From: Squalus acanthias | Lineage: Eukaryota | Assembly (NCBI GenBank): GCA_030390025.1 | Contig: CM059432.1 | Coordinates: 120,592,001-120,656,000, forward strand | Length of the DNA: 64,000 nt | Reading direction: 5' to 3' | Part shown: piece after piece, positions 13,248-26,038 of the stretch | Layout of the letters: each line of letters starts with the position of its first letter | How positions within the stretch are numbered: position 1 is the first letter of the stretch | The notes under the pieces: generated by a model | Seen by the model: the letters and a program-made list of their open reading frames with translations, nothing else | Database searches by the model: none | What the model was told of the DNA's origin: nothing | Program-made: the position numbers and the translations under genes

Positions 13248-13951
13248 GGCCCTGAATTTGCGGTCGGCGGCTTCCCGGGGGGAAATGCCTCCGATCCGCA
13301 AATAAACTGCCCGCGTACCTGGTGATCTGGGAGGTACGGAGACTCGCGGTCCTGGGCCTTCCCGGGTACCCGCGGGAAGAAGCCCATGTATCCCAGGGGC
13401 GCAGGCGGTTCGCAAGCGCCCCGGGATCACGTGGGCCGGCTCAACGAATGAAACAAGGGAATCCCCATTCATGCTTATGGGGATTCCATATGGAAACCCC
13501 ATAAGCGTGAATGGGAATGCCCCAAAAAATACCTCTACACTTCAAATAAATAAAAAAAAAACACATATTTAAAATTAATTAAAATGGCATTTAATTAAAT
13601 ATTTAAAACAAAAATTTAATTTTTTGAAAAATAAATTAAAATGTTTTAAAGGGGCTAAAAATAACCTTACATTATTGCACAGGTTTTTAAATGTTTAAAA
13701 GTTTGAAAAAAATATATTTTTCTGTTTTTCTGCAGGCCTTGCGCTTACGCTTTTTCCAGGCGTAAGAATTTCACAGGCATTCGCTGGACAGAAGTTGGGC
13801 AAATAGCCCAACTCTCTGCCCGCGGATGCCCATTTCCCGGGGATGCATTGGATCTGTCAAGAATCTTCAAGTTCTGGGTTTTCGTGTGCGCACTTCGAGC
13901 AAAACGCCGAAATTTGCGCGGCACTTACGAAGGGGCCACAAATTACAGGCC
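13248..13951. mobile_element. Harbinger MITE family B, inverted relative to 869-1529
   Basis: GGCCCTGAATTTG...CAAATTACAGGCC with ATT TSD. Confidence 0.8.
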
Positions 13952-14300
13952 ATTATCATCCACATTATTGCCCACAATCCAGTAAGCATCGCGATGAATT
14001 TATAATGTGATAATTGACTGTACCAGCCTTGGTGTTTCTAAACCATGTATCAGGATGGATTTCTGCAGTTATAACTTATGATGCCAGTAAGGAATCTATA
14101 TGCAGAGAGGGAGAACAAAGAATTTTAATAGATCAACCCATAGGCATTAGAAAGTCTTGTTTTAGGTGCCTGAATAAATTTGATGGATGCCCTGCAGCAC
14201 ATCAAGCAGGTGTCTTCAGAGTTATTATAGCTTGTCGTGTTCCATATAATAGCAATATACAGAAAGGGATTCTACCCAAAGCTGAAGAAAATGATCATGA

Positions 14301-14500
14301 TGCGGAGATGCCGGTGTTGGACTGGTGTGGACAAAAGTGAGAAGTCGCACAACACCAGGTTATAGTCCAACAGTTTTATTTGAAATCACAAGCTTTCGGA
14401 GCTGCTGCCCCTTCGTCAGGTGAAGTCACCTGACGAAGGAGCAGCCGCTCCGAAAGCTTGTGATTTCAAATAAAACTGTTGGACTATAACCTGGTGTTGT
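14301..14500. mobile_element. Penelope-like terminal fragment with inverted repeat
   Basis: 154-bp palindrome 14348-14501; about 17-bp TSD GAAGAAAATGAT(C/G)ATGA at 14284-14300 and 14501-14517. Confidence 0.75.
14422..14467 (+). ncRNA. Minimal type I hammerhead ribozyme motif
   Basis: Stem I GAAGTCAC/GTGATTTC, core CTGACGA(A), stem II GGAGC-AGCC-GCTCC, GAAA, palindromic AGCT then H. Confidence 0.75.
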
Positions 14501-15223
14501 GAAGAAAATGATGATGACAAAGAAGATGGAAAAAACCCTCCTTCCCTATCTCAAGAGAGGGTATACAGGAAGGAAAAGAGGTAGAACAAGAGAGCCATCA
14601 GCTTGAAGCCAGAGAAATGAGATAGCAACTGAGTGCTTTCAGTAAATAGAAGTTGAGGTAATGGTACAGAGAGGGCATGAGAAGTAAGGAGGTGATTCCT
14701 GACTCTCTCATTCCAACAGGGTGTGCATGGTGGAGCACAGCCATTGCTTGTTTTGGCCAAATTTGTGAGGTCATTAAAATGCTTCCTGCACTGTGTATCA
14801 GCTCTTGGAATGGTAGAAGTTATGCTGACTGCTTTGCTGCCACAATTTCCCTCGACAGGGTTTCACCACCCTCTTATGTGGTTTCCTGTTCTCAGTCCCA
14901 GGAGTATGTCCCTTACCTCTTCTAGTAACACATCAACAGATGCATTAGAAAATCTGAGAGCCAATTCTAAGGCGAGGCCATCTCCCTCCACTCTCAGCCA
15001 CCCCACCGACACCCCCTGCCCCCTGATGCGGATCCCTCTGAAGTGATTGCTGTTCTCCATTTCCCTCCCTCCCAGCAGCGGTAAACCAATTACCAGGAGT
15101 TTTATCACTGCCATCTTGCTCTGCATGCATAATGGCCTGGATTTTGCAATCAGGGGTGAATGAATGGCGCCAGCCCATTCATTACACTTACACTTGCCTA
15201 CAGTCTTCCTATGGGCTTTTTTT

Positions 15224-15503
15224 TAAATTCATTCATGGGATGTGGGCGTCGCTGGCAAGGCCAGCATTTATTGCCCATCCCTAGTTGCCCTTGAGAAGGT
15301 GGTGGTGAGCCGCCTTCTTGAACCGCTGCAGTTCGTGTGGTGAAGGTACTCCCACAGTGCTGTTAGGGAGGGAGTTCCAGGATTCTGACCCAGCGACGAT
15401 GAAGGATCGGCGATATACTTCCAAGTCAGGATGGTGTGTGACTTGGAGGGTAACTTGGAGGTGGTGGCGTTCCCATGCGCCTGCTGCCCTTGTCCTTCTA
15501 GGT
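15224..15503 (-). mobile_element. 3' end of the CR1/L2-group LINE family also at 46830-50287
   Basis: Near-identical to 46835-47105. Confidence 0.85.
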
Positions 15504-17213
15504 GCTTTGCACCAGAACTTGTAGTGATTAGAAATCCATTTCAGCGCGGCGCCCTCAGGGGATCTGGGACCTGTGTGACGAAGGCAAGCAACTGTGTATC
15601 TCCTTGAACATTCAGATTGAAGAATTCGTAATGTGGTGCATAGAGTCTGAACCAGGAAGTGTAAGCTAGAATAGTTAATTCAATGCCAAATCATGTACAG
15701 AAACCAAAATAAGGAGAGGGATCGAAAGTTGGGATTAAAAGAGATAAAAGAGACAGAAAGAAAATGTTTAAAAAATTTATTTTTTTAATGTTTTTAAATC
15801 TCCAACAATAATTAAAATCTGAAGGAATGGGACTCCACACTTGTAAAAGTTAATTTTCAGTGCCAGAGAGGCTGTTTGGCATAATTAAAAAAATACTTAA
15901 AATGGAATGGCAAGCCCTAACTTTTTCTGTTGTGTTTAGTGTGTAGCTATCACGTAAGTACCACAACTTCATGCCGTTGCATGTGTTTTAGTGCAAAGTC
16001 TCTCGGCAAGATACTGATGTAGCGAAGCTTCTGGAGGAGCAGGGCAACTCGGACAGCAACTTCCTGATTTCCGCATTTAACTGCGCATGTGCGGTCGCCG
16101 GAAGTTGCTGTCCAATTTACTCTTTAATCACGGTGAGCGCTGATAGCCTTACCGCTATTTTTACCACACAATCCGGGCCAATGAGATCTTTCTTAGAAAT
16201 CTTTAGGTGGTTACTGGAGGAGTCACATGGGCGGGTGGAGGTTCTATCCCACGCCTGACCCGCCAAAGGGAAATCCAGCCCATATTGTTTCATTTGAACG
16301 CAATTAAACCCGTTTTTTTAAACCTGCAACTCTGCCAGTTTAATTATTTACTCTGTGACCAATATAATAATAAAGACAGCATTGTGACAAATCTCAATTA
16401 GCCAGAATCACACGCGCATATCCCTCCTTATAGCTCGATGCAGGAAGGGAGACAAAAGCCTACATGTGATGGTGCAGGCACAAGATCTCCATCTGTGCCT
16501 GCATATGGTGTACACTGAGGGGAGACGTTTTGCCTTCAACGTTGAAACTGAGCAGAGCTCTCAATTATACTTCCCATTTCCTCTGGAAAATGTATGCACT
16601 TTTAATTGTCAAAATTCCTCGCCAGTGATTGCAAATATTTTTTTTTGACTATTCTATGTTACTCCAGCAGTGCATTGAATCCACTGCTGAACAGCAGCTG
16701 ATGAGGTCCCTGGAGCTGGGCTGCAGCACAGCCATACGCTGTTAGGTTTTTGGAGACCCTTAGACAATGTAAAAGATTGATAAGGTTGCTAATTTATTGT
16801 TTGCTGCCAGAGAAATGCCTCATCCTTTATAGTGATGTGCATCATATTATGATAAATTATGAATCTATTATACAGGAGATTAGTTAACTTGAATCATTAA
16901 CCGATCAGCTGGAGAAGAAACAAAAATAATCTACGTGGCAAAGCAAGGCATCTCAATGTAATTTATGATATTTATAAAATTCCATTTGTTATGCAGAGTG
17001 TTGTGAAATTCAAAAGCTGGTCGATTTATTCAAGTACTGCAGGAGTTGGAGAATGAGCGTTGAGTTGCAAGTCTAAGAGTAAATAGAGAGATTGAGACAG
17101 AAGTGGCTGATCACAAGAGAACTGAAATTGGCTGGATTATCCATTAAGAAGCCATATCTAATACTCAAAGACACTGCTTGCCCAAGAATTAAATATAATG
17201 CTTATATCATGTA

Positions 17214-17599
17214 CAGGAAACTCTTTATTAACCGGCACCGACGGGACCAGCGTGGTGCCGGTTTATCGAAAGTACCGGATAACGGAGAGTTATATCTACC
17301 GAGGCTATTGTTAACAAAGAAAAATAAATAAATCAAGAAATGTGCAGTATACAGTATTTGGGTACTTTTGAAAACTACTCCTACTGACTAAATCGGCGTT
17401 CACGGACTCGGACTCTGACTCGGGATCGGCAACATTGCCGGTTATTTGAGAGGAGTTTTCGGAGTACTCGGCATTCGCGGAGACTCGACTGCGACTCGGC
17501 AACATTGCCGGTTATTTGAGAGGAGTTTTCGGAGGATGATTTTTGCCGGTTAAGCGAGAATTCCGGATATTTGGGTGCCGGATAAACGAAAGTTTCCTG
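17214..17599. mobile_element. Tc1/mariner-pogo (Tigger-like) MITE
   Basis: TA-CAGGAAACT...AACCGGCACC / GGTGCCGGATAAACGAAAGTTTCCTG-TA; TA TSD. Confidence 0.75.
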
Positions 17600-18149
17600 T
17601 ATAATAAATACCACAGTTATAAAAAATTGAGCGAATGTTCAATTGCGTTCAACTATTACATATAAGGCTTGATTTTCTGACAATGGGAAAATTTAGGTTT
17701 AGCTGACCCAATATGCAGGTTCACCTGCATCTATTGTGCAAAGGGATGTCCTGGCCAAATTTTCAGATGGGAGTGTCTCCCTCTAATTTAGGTGCAAGAA
17801 AATCAGAGCCAGAAAGCGTGACCTGCAACTGGGGATCAGAAAATCCAGAGAAGGAACAGCTCTTAAAGTGCTGCAGCTCACCATTAAAGGACAAGTTGTG
17901 GCAGGGATGGACAAGTGGACTAATTTATCACAATAGGACAGTAGAGACATGTGGGCAACACAATTCCCTTTGATACTGTAGAGCTGGAGGTCCTACAGCA
18001 GGAGGGATACCAAAAAAGGGTGCTCTACATGGGGCTGAATACCACCTTCCAGTAAAAGCAAACTGCATGGAGGAAAGATTCCAGCTGGGTCCATGTAGTT
18101 AGCCAAATCCTTTGTACCTAGCTGTAAATGAGGAAGAAGTTTGCTGGTA

Positions 18150-18950
18150 TCAGAAAGAAAGTGATGGTAAGTGTGTCCTTTACTATTGCAAACATTTCTT
18201 GTGAGGTCCATCAAGGGTGGCACAAGATGGGAATGCCACATGCTCTGGGAGGTACCATTTCAAGCATTGCATGTAACCGTTGTCCTTTTTGTGTGCACTC
18301 TTTTACTGTGCCAAAGCTGGGTGACAGGTTCTCTTGTAGGTGGGGAGTTGGATATGGGATAGCAAACAGATGAGTGCTAAGCCTTTCTCTGCTGTTAGAG
18401 GGTTTCTTAGTAGGATCACCAGTCATGGATGCCGAAGTCAGTGGTGATCTCCTAAGAGCCATTTCCCCATCCTCAGCCCAAGTGTTGTTTCTCCTTCAAA
18501 AAATGCAGCTACTATAAACTTCCATTTACTGATGGCATTATGCAGCTTCCAGGTTAATAGCCATTGACATGCATAACGCTATTTCATGTGGCTAGATATT
18601 ACCTAAACATTAATTGAGTGCAAATGCTTCTTTGCATGTAGGGTTGATAAAGGGAAACCTGTTGCCCACATTGATGCCATCTGTGACACCTGGCACTCGA
18701 GGGAGGCCCATGAGAGCTCTACATCATGTATAGCTGATGTCTCCTTACCACAGGGTAAATGGTGAAGGTGTTGTACCTTTGATACAGGTGTGCACTGTCG
18801 ACAACCTGATGTGGTACAGGGATGACTGGGAAGGATCTGGTAGCCTGAAAACTTGTACCTTTCATTTCCACAGAATGTTATGTGCAAATCGTTCTGCAGC
18901 AGATGGTGCAGCTCAGTGGCAGCCTATCTTGTGAAATGGAAGCAATGAAG
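18150..18950 (-). pseudogene. Highly degenerate Harbinger transposase relic
   Basis: KKHLHSINV and PGSC remnants on the minus strand. Confidence 0.5.
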
Positions 18951-19559
18951 ACAGGTCTCCTCTGACATGTTCAGATACATGTGCTGGGTGGTCTGTAAAT
19001 GTGGCTCGTGACTGGTGCAGACAAGTACCTCAGGTGTTGTTGCACCTGCATCAAGCAGCCCCTCATGAATTCCTCCTCTGAAGTAGTCAGTACATTTGGA
19101 AAACTACTTCATATGCTGTCATTTAAATGCTTGCAGCAATGTAGAATCTGGAAGATTTTTTTTTAAAGTCCTGCTTGAAGAGGCCAGGCCCAAGTATCCC
19201 GGACACATAAAGCATGTGTCTTGAAGAACATCAAGCAATCTAAAACAGTCAAGCAGCACAGTGTAGGCAAGCCCTCAACTACAGTCAGGATTTGAGTAAA
19301 GGACCTACTTTCATGCAAATGTAGCCAGTGTATGCCAGTATCCTGGCCTCATTTCACCCACAAATAGCCAATCAGGTGCTCTGCAAATTGAGTGCAACAG
19401 CCATTGCCCAACTTCCCTACCACAGCTGCCTCCCACGATACTGACACAACATAAGGGACTGGGCCTGTTTTGTGCTTTTTTTATTTAAAACTATTTCACA
19501 TACAAAAATTGTTACTTCTTGCTTCCTTTGTTATTTTGTACTCCCTCTACAGGAGTAGG

Positions 19560-19865
19560 AGAGGAATTAGGGGAGGTGGCTGAAATCATGATCAAAGAGA
19601 TATGTTTTAAAGGAGGCTTTTGAAGGTGGGGAGGGATGTAGCAAGGGGGAGGACTTAAACCCCGATTCTAACCTAACGGGAACGGGGTGGGCTTGGGTCC
19701 ATTGCCCAAGCTTCAATGGAGCATAACATCGGACGGGGTGTAAGACGAGCATCCAACCTGAACCCGCTCCATTATCGCTGGGCTGGTTAGGTTAAAATTG
19801 GGGCTTTAGTGTGAGAGTTCCAGAGTGTGAGATGGCTAAAGTCTCTGCTGCTATTGGCAGGGTGA
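19560..19865 (-). mobile_element. L2-type LINE 3' fragment split by a ~147-bp MITE (about 19659-19805)
   Basis: FKTYLFD tail like 29330-29375; MITE ends CCCCGATTCTAACCTAAC...GTTAGGTTAAAATTGGGG. Confidence 0.55.
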
Positions 19866-20152
19866 AGGGTTCAGGTAACATTCAAAGGTGCAGTCATGCA
19901 ACAGCAAAACGTGCAAGCTGTGATCTAGGGACAGAGGCGGTGGAAGGGGTAGGAGCAGAATTAATCCATGGCAGAATTTAAAGATGATATGGCAGAAAGT
20001 TATGAAAAATACTTGCTGGGCAGCCCATCTGCAGAGTAAACCATGTAATATATAATGCAGAGTCACTGCCATTGTATAGGAATTGTAAATAGAGATTCTA
20101 TGATAGCTCAATTGGTAAGTGCATTGCCAAATGTGCAACAGAGCCATACAGA

Positions 20153-21733
20153 TCATAGAATCATACAATGGTTTAGGCACAGAAGGAGGCCATTCAGCCT
20201 GTTGAGCCCGTGACAGCTCTCTGCAAGAGTAATTCAGCTCGTCCCACTCCCCGCCCTTTCCCTGTAGCCCTGCAAATTTTTTTCCTTCAGGTACTTAGCC
20301 AATTTCCTTTTGAAAGCCATGGTTGAGTCTGCCTCCACCACCCTTTCAGGCAGTGCATTCCAGATCCTAATCACTCGCTGCGTAAAAATGTTTTTCCTCA
20401 TGTTGCCTTTGGTTCTTTTGCCAATCACCTTAAATCTGTGCCCTCTGGATCTCGACCCTTCCGCCAATGGGAACAGTTTCTCTCTATCTACTCTGTCTAG
20501 ACCCCTCATGATTTTGAACACCTCTATCAAATCTCCTCTCAACCTTCTCTGCTCTAAGGAGAACAACCCCTCATCCCTGGAAACATTCTCTTAAATCTTT
20601 TCTGCAACCTCTCTAAGGCCTTCACATCTTCCTAAAGTGTGGTGCCCAGAATTGGACATAATACTCCAATTGAGGCCAAACCAGTGTTTTATAAAGGTTC
20701 ATTATAACTTCCTTGCTTTTGTACTCTATGGGCTGGATTTTCAATGACCCGTGGAGTCGGGTTTGGAGGCGTGTGGGGGGTTAAAGTTGCAGATTTGGGG
20801 TTCCCAACTCTGTCCCGCCTCCAAGAGGCGGGAGAAGCCATTAAAGCCCTTAACAAGCCCTAAATTGGCTCTGTAATGCCATTTTGAAACGTTTTAGCTA
20901 GTTTAACCCTTTTCCGACGTGAAGTATGCCTGATGTGAAACACGCCAGTGAAACCTGGCGGGAGCACAAGTGGATAGCTGACTATCAGCTGCAGGTCCAC
21001 TATTACAATGGAGATGTGATGAAGGTAGTAGTAGTATTGTGATGAAGGTATTAGTAGTATTAGGTCTGAAAGTCGCCTCTGATGCTGCTGCATTGAATGT
21101 CTTCAGAGACTGCCTGGGAGGACTTGGTTGCAAAAAAAATTCTCTCTCTCTCTCTCTGAGATGCTGCTCATTTTGCATCCAGGTCCTCTCACAGCAAAGG
21201 CCAGGCAGTATCTGACCTGCAATGCAGCAGCAATGATGACATCATCAGAGGCGACTTTCAGACTGAAACCAATAATTGGTTCATGGGTTCCCACATGCTG
21301 GAACTCAATTGCCCAATTAAGTGAAAATTGCATCAATCTCCCACATCCAATTGCAGGCGGGTGGATAACACAAAATGCGGATGACACGACCCCAACCCGC
21401 CCCAGTATCAAAATCCAGCCCTATGCCTCTATTTATGAAGCCCAGGATCCCGTATACTTTTTTAACCACTTGTTCAACCTGCCCTGCCATCTTCAACGAT
21501 TTGTGCACATATACCCCAGGTGTCTCTGTTCATGCTCCCCCTTTAGAATTGTACCCTTTAGTTTATATTCCCTCTCCTCATTCTTCGTACCAAAATGTAT
21601 CACTTCGCACTTTTCTGCATTAAATTTCATCTGCCACGTGTCCACCCATTTCACCAGCCTGTCTATGTCCTCTTGAAGTCTATCACTAAACTCCTCACTG
21701 TTCACTATACTTCCAAGTTTTGTGTCATCTGCA
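20153..21733 (-). mobile_element. CR1 LINE 3' part, split by a MITE
   Basis: RRLRGDLIEVFKI, WQMKFNAEKCEV and ADDTKLG fragments. Confidence 0.88.
20730..21421. mobile_element. Harbinger MITE (family C) inside CR1
   Basis: TIR GGGCTGGATTTT...AAAATCCAGCCC; TAT TSD; CR1 rejoins across it. Confidence 0.88.
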
Positions 21734-23195
21734 AGATTGGCAAGGTATCCAGTGCAGACCGGCGGTGCTGAGGCAGCTGATCTAATCTGGGTAACAATTG
21801 CAGCATTGAAGTTGCCCTCAGCACTCCTGGCTTGGTGATGGGTAAGCATCAGTCAGAGTTCATACTCCTGATCACCATCCAACGACCCTTGAAGTAAAGA
21901 GTATACATGGGGACATCAGTTATGAAAACGATTTAGCTCATATTTGATGTGTTCCAGGATTGAATAGGCATCCAATATTGACTACCTAGGCTGATAGTTG
22001 AAGGGAAAAGCATTGCTGGCTTTCCAGTACCTCATTCTTGTTGAAATAATGGAGGGCTGCTGATGTTCTTGCTATTGCACCAGTAAGGTGAGCCCCCTCA
22101 TTTTGAAGAGGCACAAAATTGGAAGGGGAGAAATTGATGTTTTTTTTAAATGGAATTCTAAGCTTTGCAACGTCCCAAGTTTTTCCAACAAGTTCCGTGT
22201 CGGTCAAAGCATTATTTACAAGATTGATTAGTTTTACTTCTTCTGTTGTAGGCAAATAAAGATAATCTCCTGGGAATTTTCACAGGGTTTCTCCAGAGGG
22301 AAATCAGAGGGGACCCAGAGAAATTACATAAATGGGTAAAAGCGCCCTTATGTTCCGTTTCTCCAGGGTTTCTGCTGAAGTTATGGTGGGAGATCGAAAG
22401 AACCGGACAGAAATTCAGGGTTAATAGTATTTGCATTTACAAATTCATCTGAAGTGCAGTTTAACATGCAAGGGTAGATTTTCCTTCTCTCTGTGCCTGG
22501 GAATTGGCTTTCACCAGGTACAGTGAAAAGGTAAAAGGAGTGAGACCCAGTAGATCTCGTTTCCGCCCTCCTGCACTGCCCTGGGATTTCCTGAATATGT
22601 GCAAGTGGTCCTGAGCCTGTAGTGGATGCAGGCCCTGTATTCTCATGATAATAAAGCGGGACGGAGTGCCCCCAGCCTCCTGCCTCATTTTTCTGTCGAT
22701 ACGACCATTGGGCACTTTTGCATAGAGGAGCTTGAAGATAACTAAGCCAACGGCCCTCCCCTGGACCCCTGCAGATCAGAAAGGAAACAGTTCTGAAAGA
22801 CCCCCAAACGGATGACGTGAAAACCTCAGGCTTTCTGACTGCTGCTATCCAGACCTGCATGTGACGCTCCTGTTTCCTCCACGTTGTTCTGATTCAAGGC
22901 CCAGCCAGGCTGCAAGCCTGCACCTGGAGTGTGCCTGGGTTATGCAAACAGCCAAGTGGGGGACTGCAGATAGCTGCTTCATCTCACGTGCATCATACCT
23001 TGGGTGGCCACCAATTGAAGAAAATATACCCTCTCATCCAAAGAACACACCTCTGATGCATCATTCTTCAATATTGCACGGAATTATCAACCTGGATTAT
23101 GTGCTCAGACAGCGGTATGGGGCTAGAAACAAGGACAGAATGGAAGAAACTGCTACTTTATAGCTTAATTTAGAATAAGCTACTTAGTTTCTATT

Positions 23196-25098
23196 GGCCT
23201 GGAGTTTCCACTTGATTGCGCTAGTTTTTTGGCGCAATTCCCCCAAAATTGGCGTAACCAGCACAAAAGATTGTGGAATTTTAAGCACAAATTGCGTTCA
23301 GTGCAACTCGAGTTTCCGTGACCTTTTGCACTAGTTTCAAAAACATCACTGTGATTATTTGTAACCTCTTCTGCGTCCTTCTGCGCATACGCCTGTGGGG
23401 GGGGGGGGGCCTAAACACCATCCCGCCCCCACCAGAACTGCACATGTGCAGCACTGGAGGGCCCTTGTCAGCCCATCGCTAGCGATCTGTGGGGTAGGCT
23501 GGCGGGCGCAGGCCTGAGCAGTAGGCCGCGGCCTCGGGGTGGGAGTCTGGGTGTGGGGACCAGACTCAGGCTCTGCAACCACGGGGCTGGGGCTTGAAGA
23601 CGCCGAATTCACAGCCTGCTGCACGTGTTTGGGGAGAAGGTCAGGAGATGAAGGAGAGTTAGTTGGTTGGGAGAAACCGGAGGGCGGCCGGTTCCCCAGA
23701 AACAGGCGGCAGCTTCGGGAGATTAAAAATAACATTAAACCCAAACCCAGTGAGAATCAGTTGAGGGTGGAAGCCAGGCTCGGGCCCAGGCCGCGATGTT
23801 TAAAGCCTTGCTCTCCCGGTCTAACTTGCCCATCTTGCAGCCTTGGCGAGTGTGTGAGGATCCCGGGGTTTGGTGGTGTCAGGGGCTCGGGGCACTGTAG
23901 CTCTGCCACCTCTCGCGCTCTCCGGCCTGGCGCGGGCTTCATGCGCAGCTCTATTAGCGACCACGTGTTCGCGAGCGCATCCGCTCAGCGCTCTGGCTGC
24001 GCCGCACTCGGCTCCCACTCAAGATTCTGGTCTGAACCTGCAATCCAATTTGCAACAATCCAGAGCTCTACAAACTCCGGGGAAACCTTAGGAACAGCAC
24101 TTATGAGTGAAACACCCGCACACCACACACATGGACCCCACACACGGTCCCTTCATTCAGAATTAAAGAACTTTTATCATTTCCACAAGGAAAAAAAACA
24201 GAAAACTCCAAAGAATTAACTAACCCACTAATTAGAGTATAAAGTATTTTATTTTAGGATAACTATAATTACAACTGCAGAATATTATAACAGAGGATCT
24301 TCACAAAGCTAACTATACTTCCACATTCTGTAGTCCGGCAAGACTGGATCAAATTGTACATTGCAGGGTTGCCTACAGCAGGCAAGATCAAATTACACAT
24401 TCCAGAGAAACTGTAAGGTGTGTCTTGCCCTCCAAGGGGACCAATCAGAAACCTGGTCTTGTCCTCTAAGGGGATCAATCAGAAATCTGATGTTGCAAAT
24501 AGACGTGCCCTAAGAACATCACACTGGAAACAGACCCCACCTACACAACTGGCCACGCCCCCAAGGTGAATTAATCACCATTGGGAATTTCCGCTAATTG
24601 CGCTTGTTTGCGGGCGTTCGAGGAGGTCTAAAAATTAAGCTGGCTCTTTTGGGCGCAAGGACACTAATATATACATTTAAAAAGGTTTTGAATGTAATTT
24701 TTTAATTTACTAAGGAACTCACTACTATTTTCCAATCTAACTAGAAAATTGTTTTGCTTTTCTTTTAAAAGTCACTTCCAAAAAATTTAAAATCTAGACA
24801 CTCACAGGGGGTGGGACTGACACTCTGATTAAAAATGCTTATTTTTTTGGTGACAAACCCATTTTCAGCTATATTAATCAAACTGCACCAAGTTACTATT
24901 CGTAAATATATCAAGGAATATTTTTTAAACCAATTTTTTTTTTTTAAATTGCGTTTTAAAACGCCCGATTGCGCTGGCTCATGGCAGATTTTGTGCTCGG
25001 TGTATGCAAATGAGTTTGAGCGGAAACTCGGGGGGGAGAAAAACGGGCGCAATTTGCACCGAGATCATCGATTGTTCCCAAAGCGGAAACTCTGTCCC
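23196..25098. mobile_element. Harbinger-type non-autonomous element (family D) hosting an LTR-like insert
   Basis: GGCCTGGAGTTTCC...GGAAACTCTGTCCC; reverse-collinear with 52529-54607. Confidence 0.75.
23350..24518. mobile_element. Probable solo LTR or LTR-element derivative
   Basis: TGT...ACA ends, 4-bp TSD TCAC (23346-49, 24519-22), absent from the paralogous family D copy, tandem CCAAT-type repeats, AATAAA on minus strand near 24250. Confidence 0.65.
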
Positions 25099-26038
25099 AT
25101 CATTTTGGGTGCGACTTGTGCCCTGGTCCAGCTTCCCAGATTTTACGGATACTTGCTTCCGCTGGTATTTCTGCACAGCAATGTGATAAATATGAATCAT
25201 TCGCTTGTAGGGAGATGAAGCATTTTACTTTCCATTGAATGTACATCAAAGAAATCATTGAGACAAATAACGTATGGCACTAAGTTCCCAAACTCATCCA
25301 GGCCATCCACAGGGAGGAGGAAAGAGAGACCAGATGGTGAGCCAACTCAGAGCTATCTTGCACAGCTTCTAGTGCTCAAGAGCAGCATTAGTGGGTAGCT
25401 GCAAAGTGGCGTGTGACATGAGGAGCTGAGAGAGGGGGAGTAAAATAACTACCGTAAAATCCAATGTTTACATTGCCCTCGTGTATAAATTGCACTCTAT
25501 TTTTAATGTTGCTCTTTGGTAAGCACCCTTACAATGAGTATGTAAGTCACTCCCCTATGTTTAGAGGATATAGAAAACATGATTTTACTGTTAAAAAAAA
25601 AGCTGAATGACCATCTGGTTAGAATGGCATTGAAGGTTATGAAGAAAAAGTTTGGATTTATATATTTCTTTATCCTCAGGATGGCCCAAATGGTTTCACT
25701 ACAGCTTTTCAAGTGTATGTGGGCAAGCACAAACACATTTGAAACGTATGTGGGTAGCCAATTTGCGCACAGCAAGATCTGAAAGCAGAAAATGAGATAT
25801 ATGACCAGATGACTCATATATGACTGCAGCGGTTCAAGAAGGCGGCTCACCACCACCTTCTCAAGGACAATTAAGGATGTGCAATAAATGCTGGCCTTGC
25901 CACATCCCAGGAACAAATAAAATAAAAATGATCTGTATTTGTCGGTGTTGGCTGAGTGAGGAATGTTGCTCTGGACACTGCGAGAGCTAGCTGCTCTTCT
26001 TCGAATAGTGTCAAAGGAACTTAAATGCCTGATCTATT

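Larger units (their letters stand above)
12750..15126. mobile_element. Old Harbinger relic (transposase on +, Myb exon on -), interrupted by a MITE and a Penelope-type insert
   Basis: QCLRRLYFS, AVKVSSTLNYF, ISQAAAH, QGAVDGT, VIIAC fragments on +; ALRFSNASVDVLLEEV on -. Confidence 0.7.

Noticed and set aside
16400..16590. Possible minus-strand exon after TTTTCCAG
   Set aside because: Stops in all three frames
17426..17534. CRISPR-like repeat-spacer-repeat
   Set aside because: Only two units, inside a TA-flanked MITE, eukaryotic context, no cas genes
23539..24219. 226-aa ORF
   Set aside because: GC-rich stop-poor frame within the LTR-like insert; no motif
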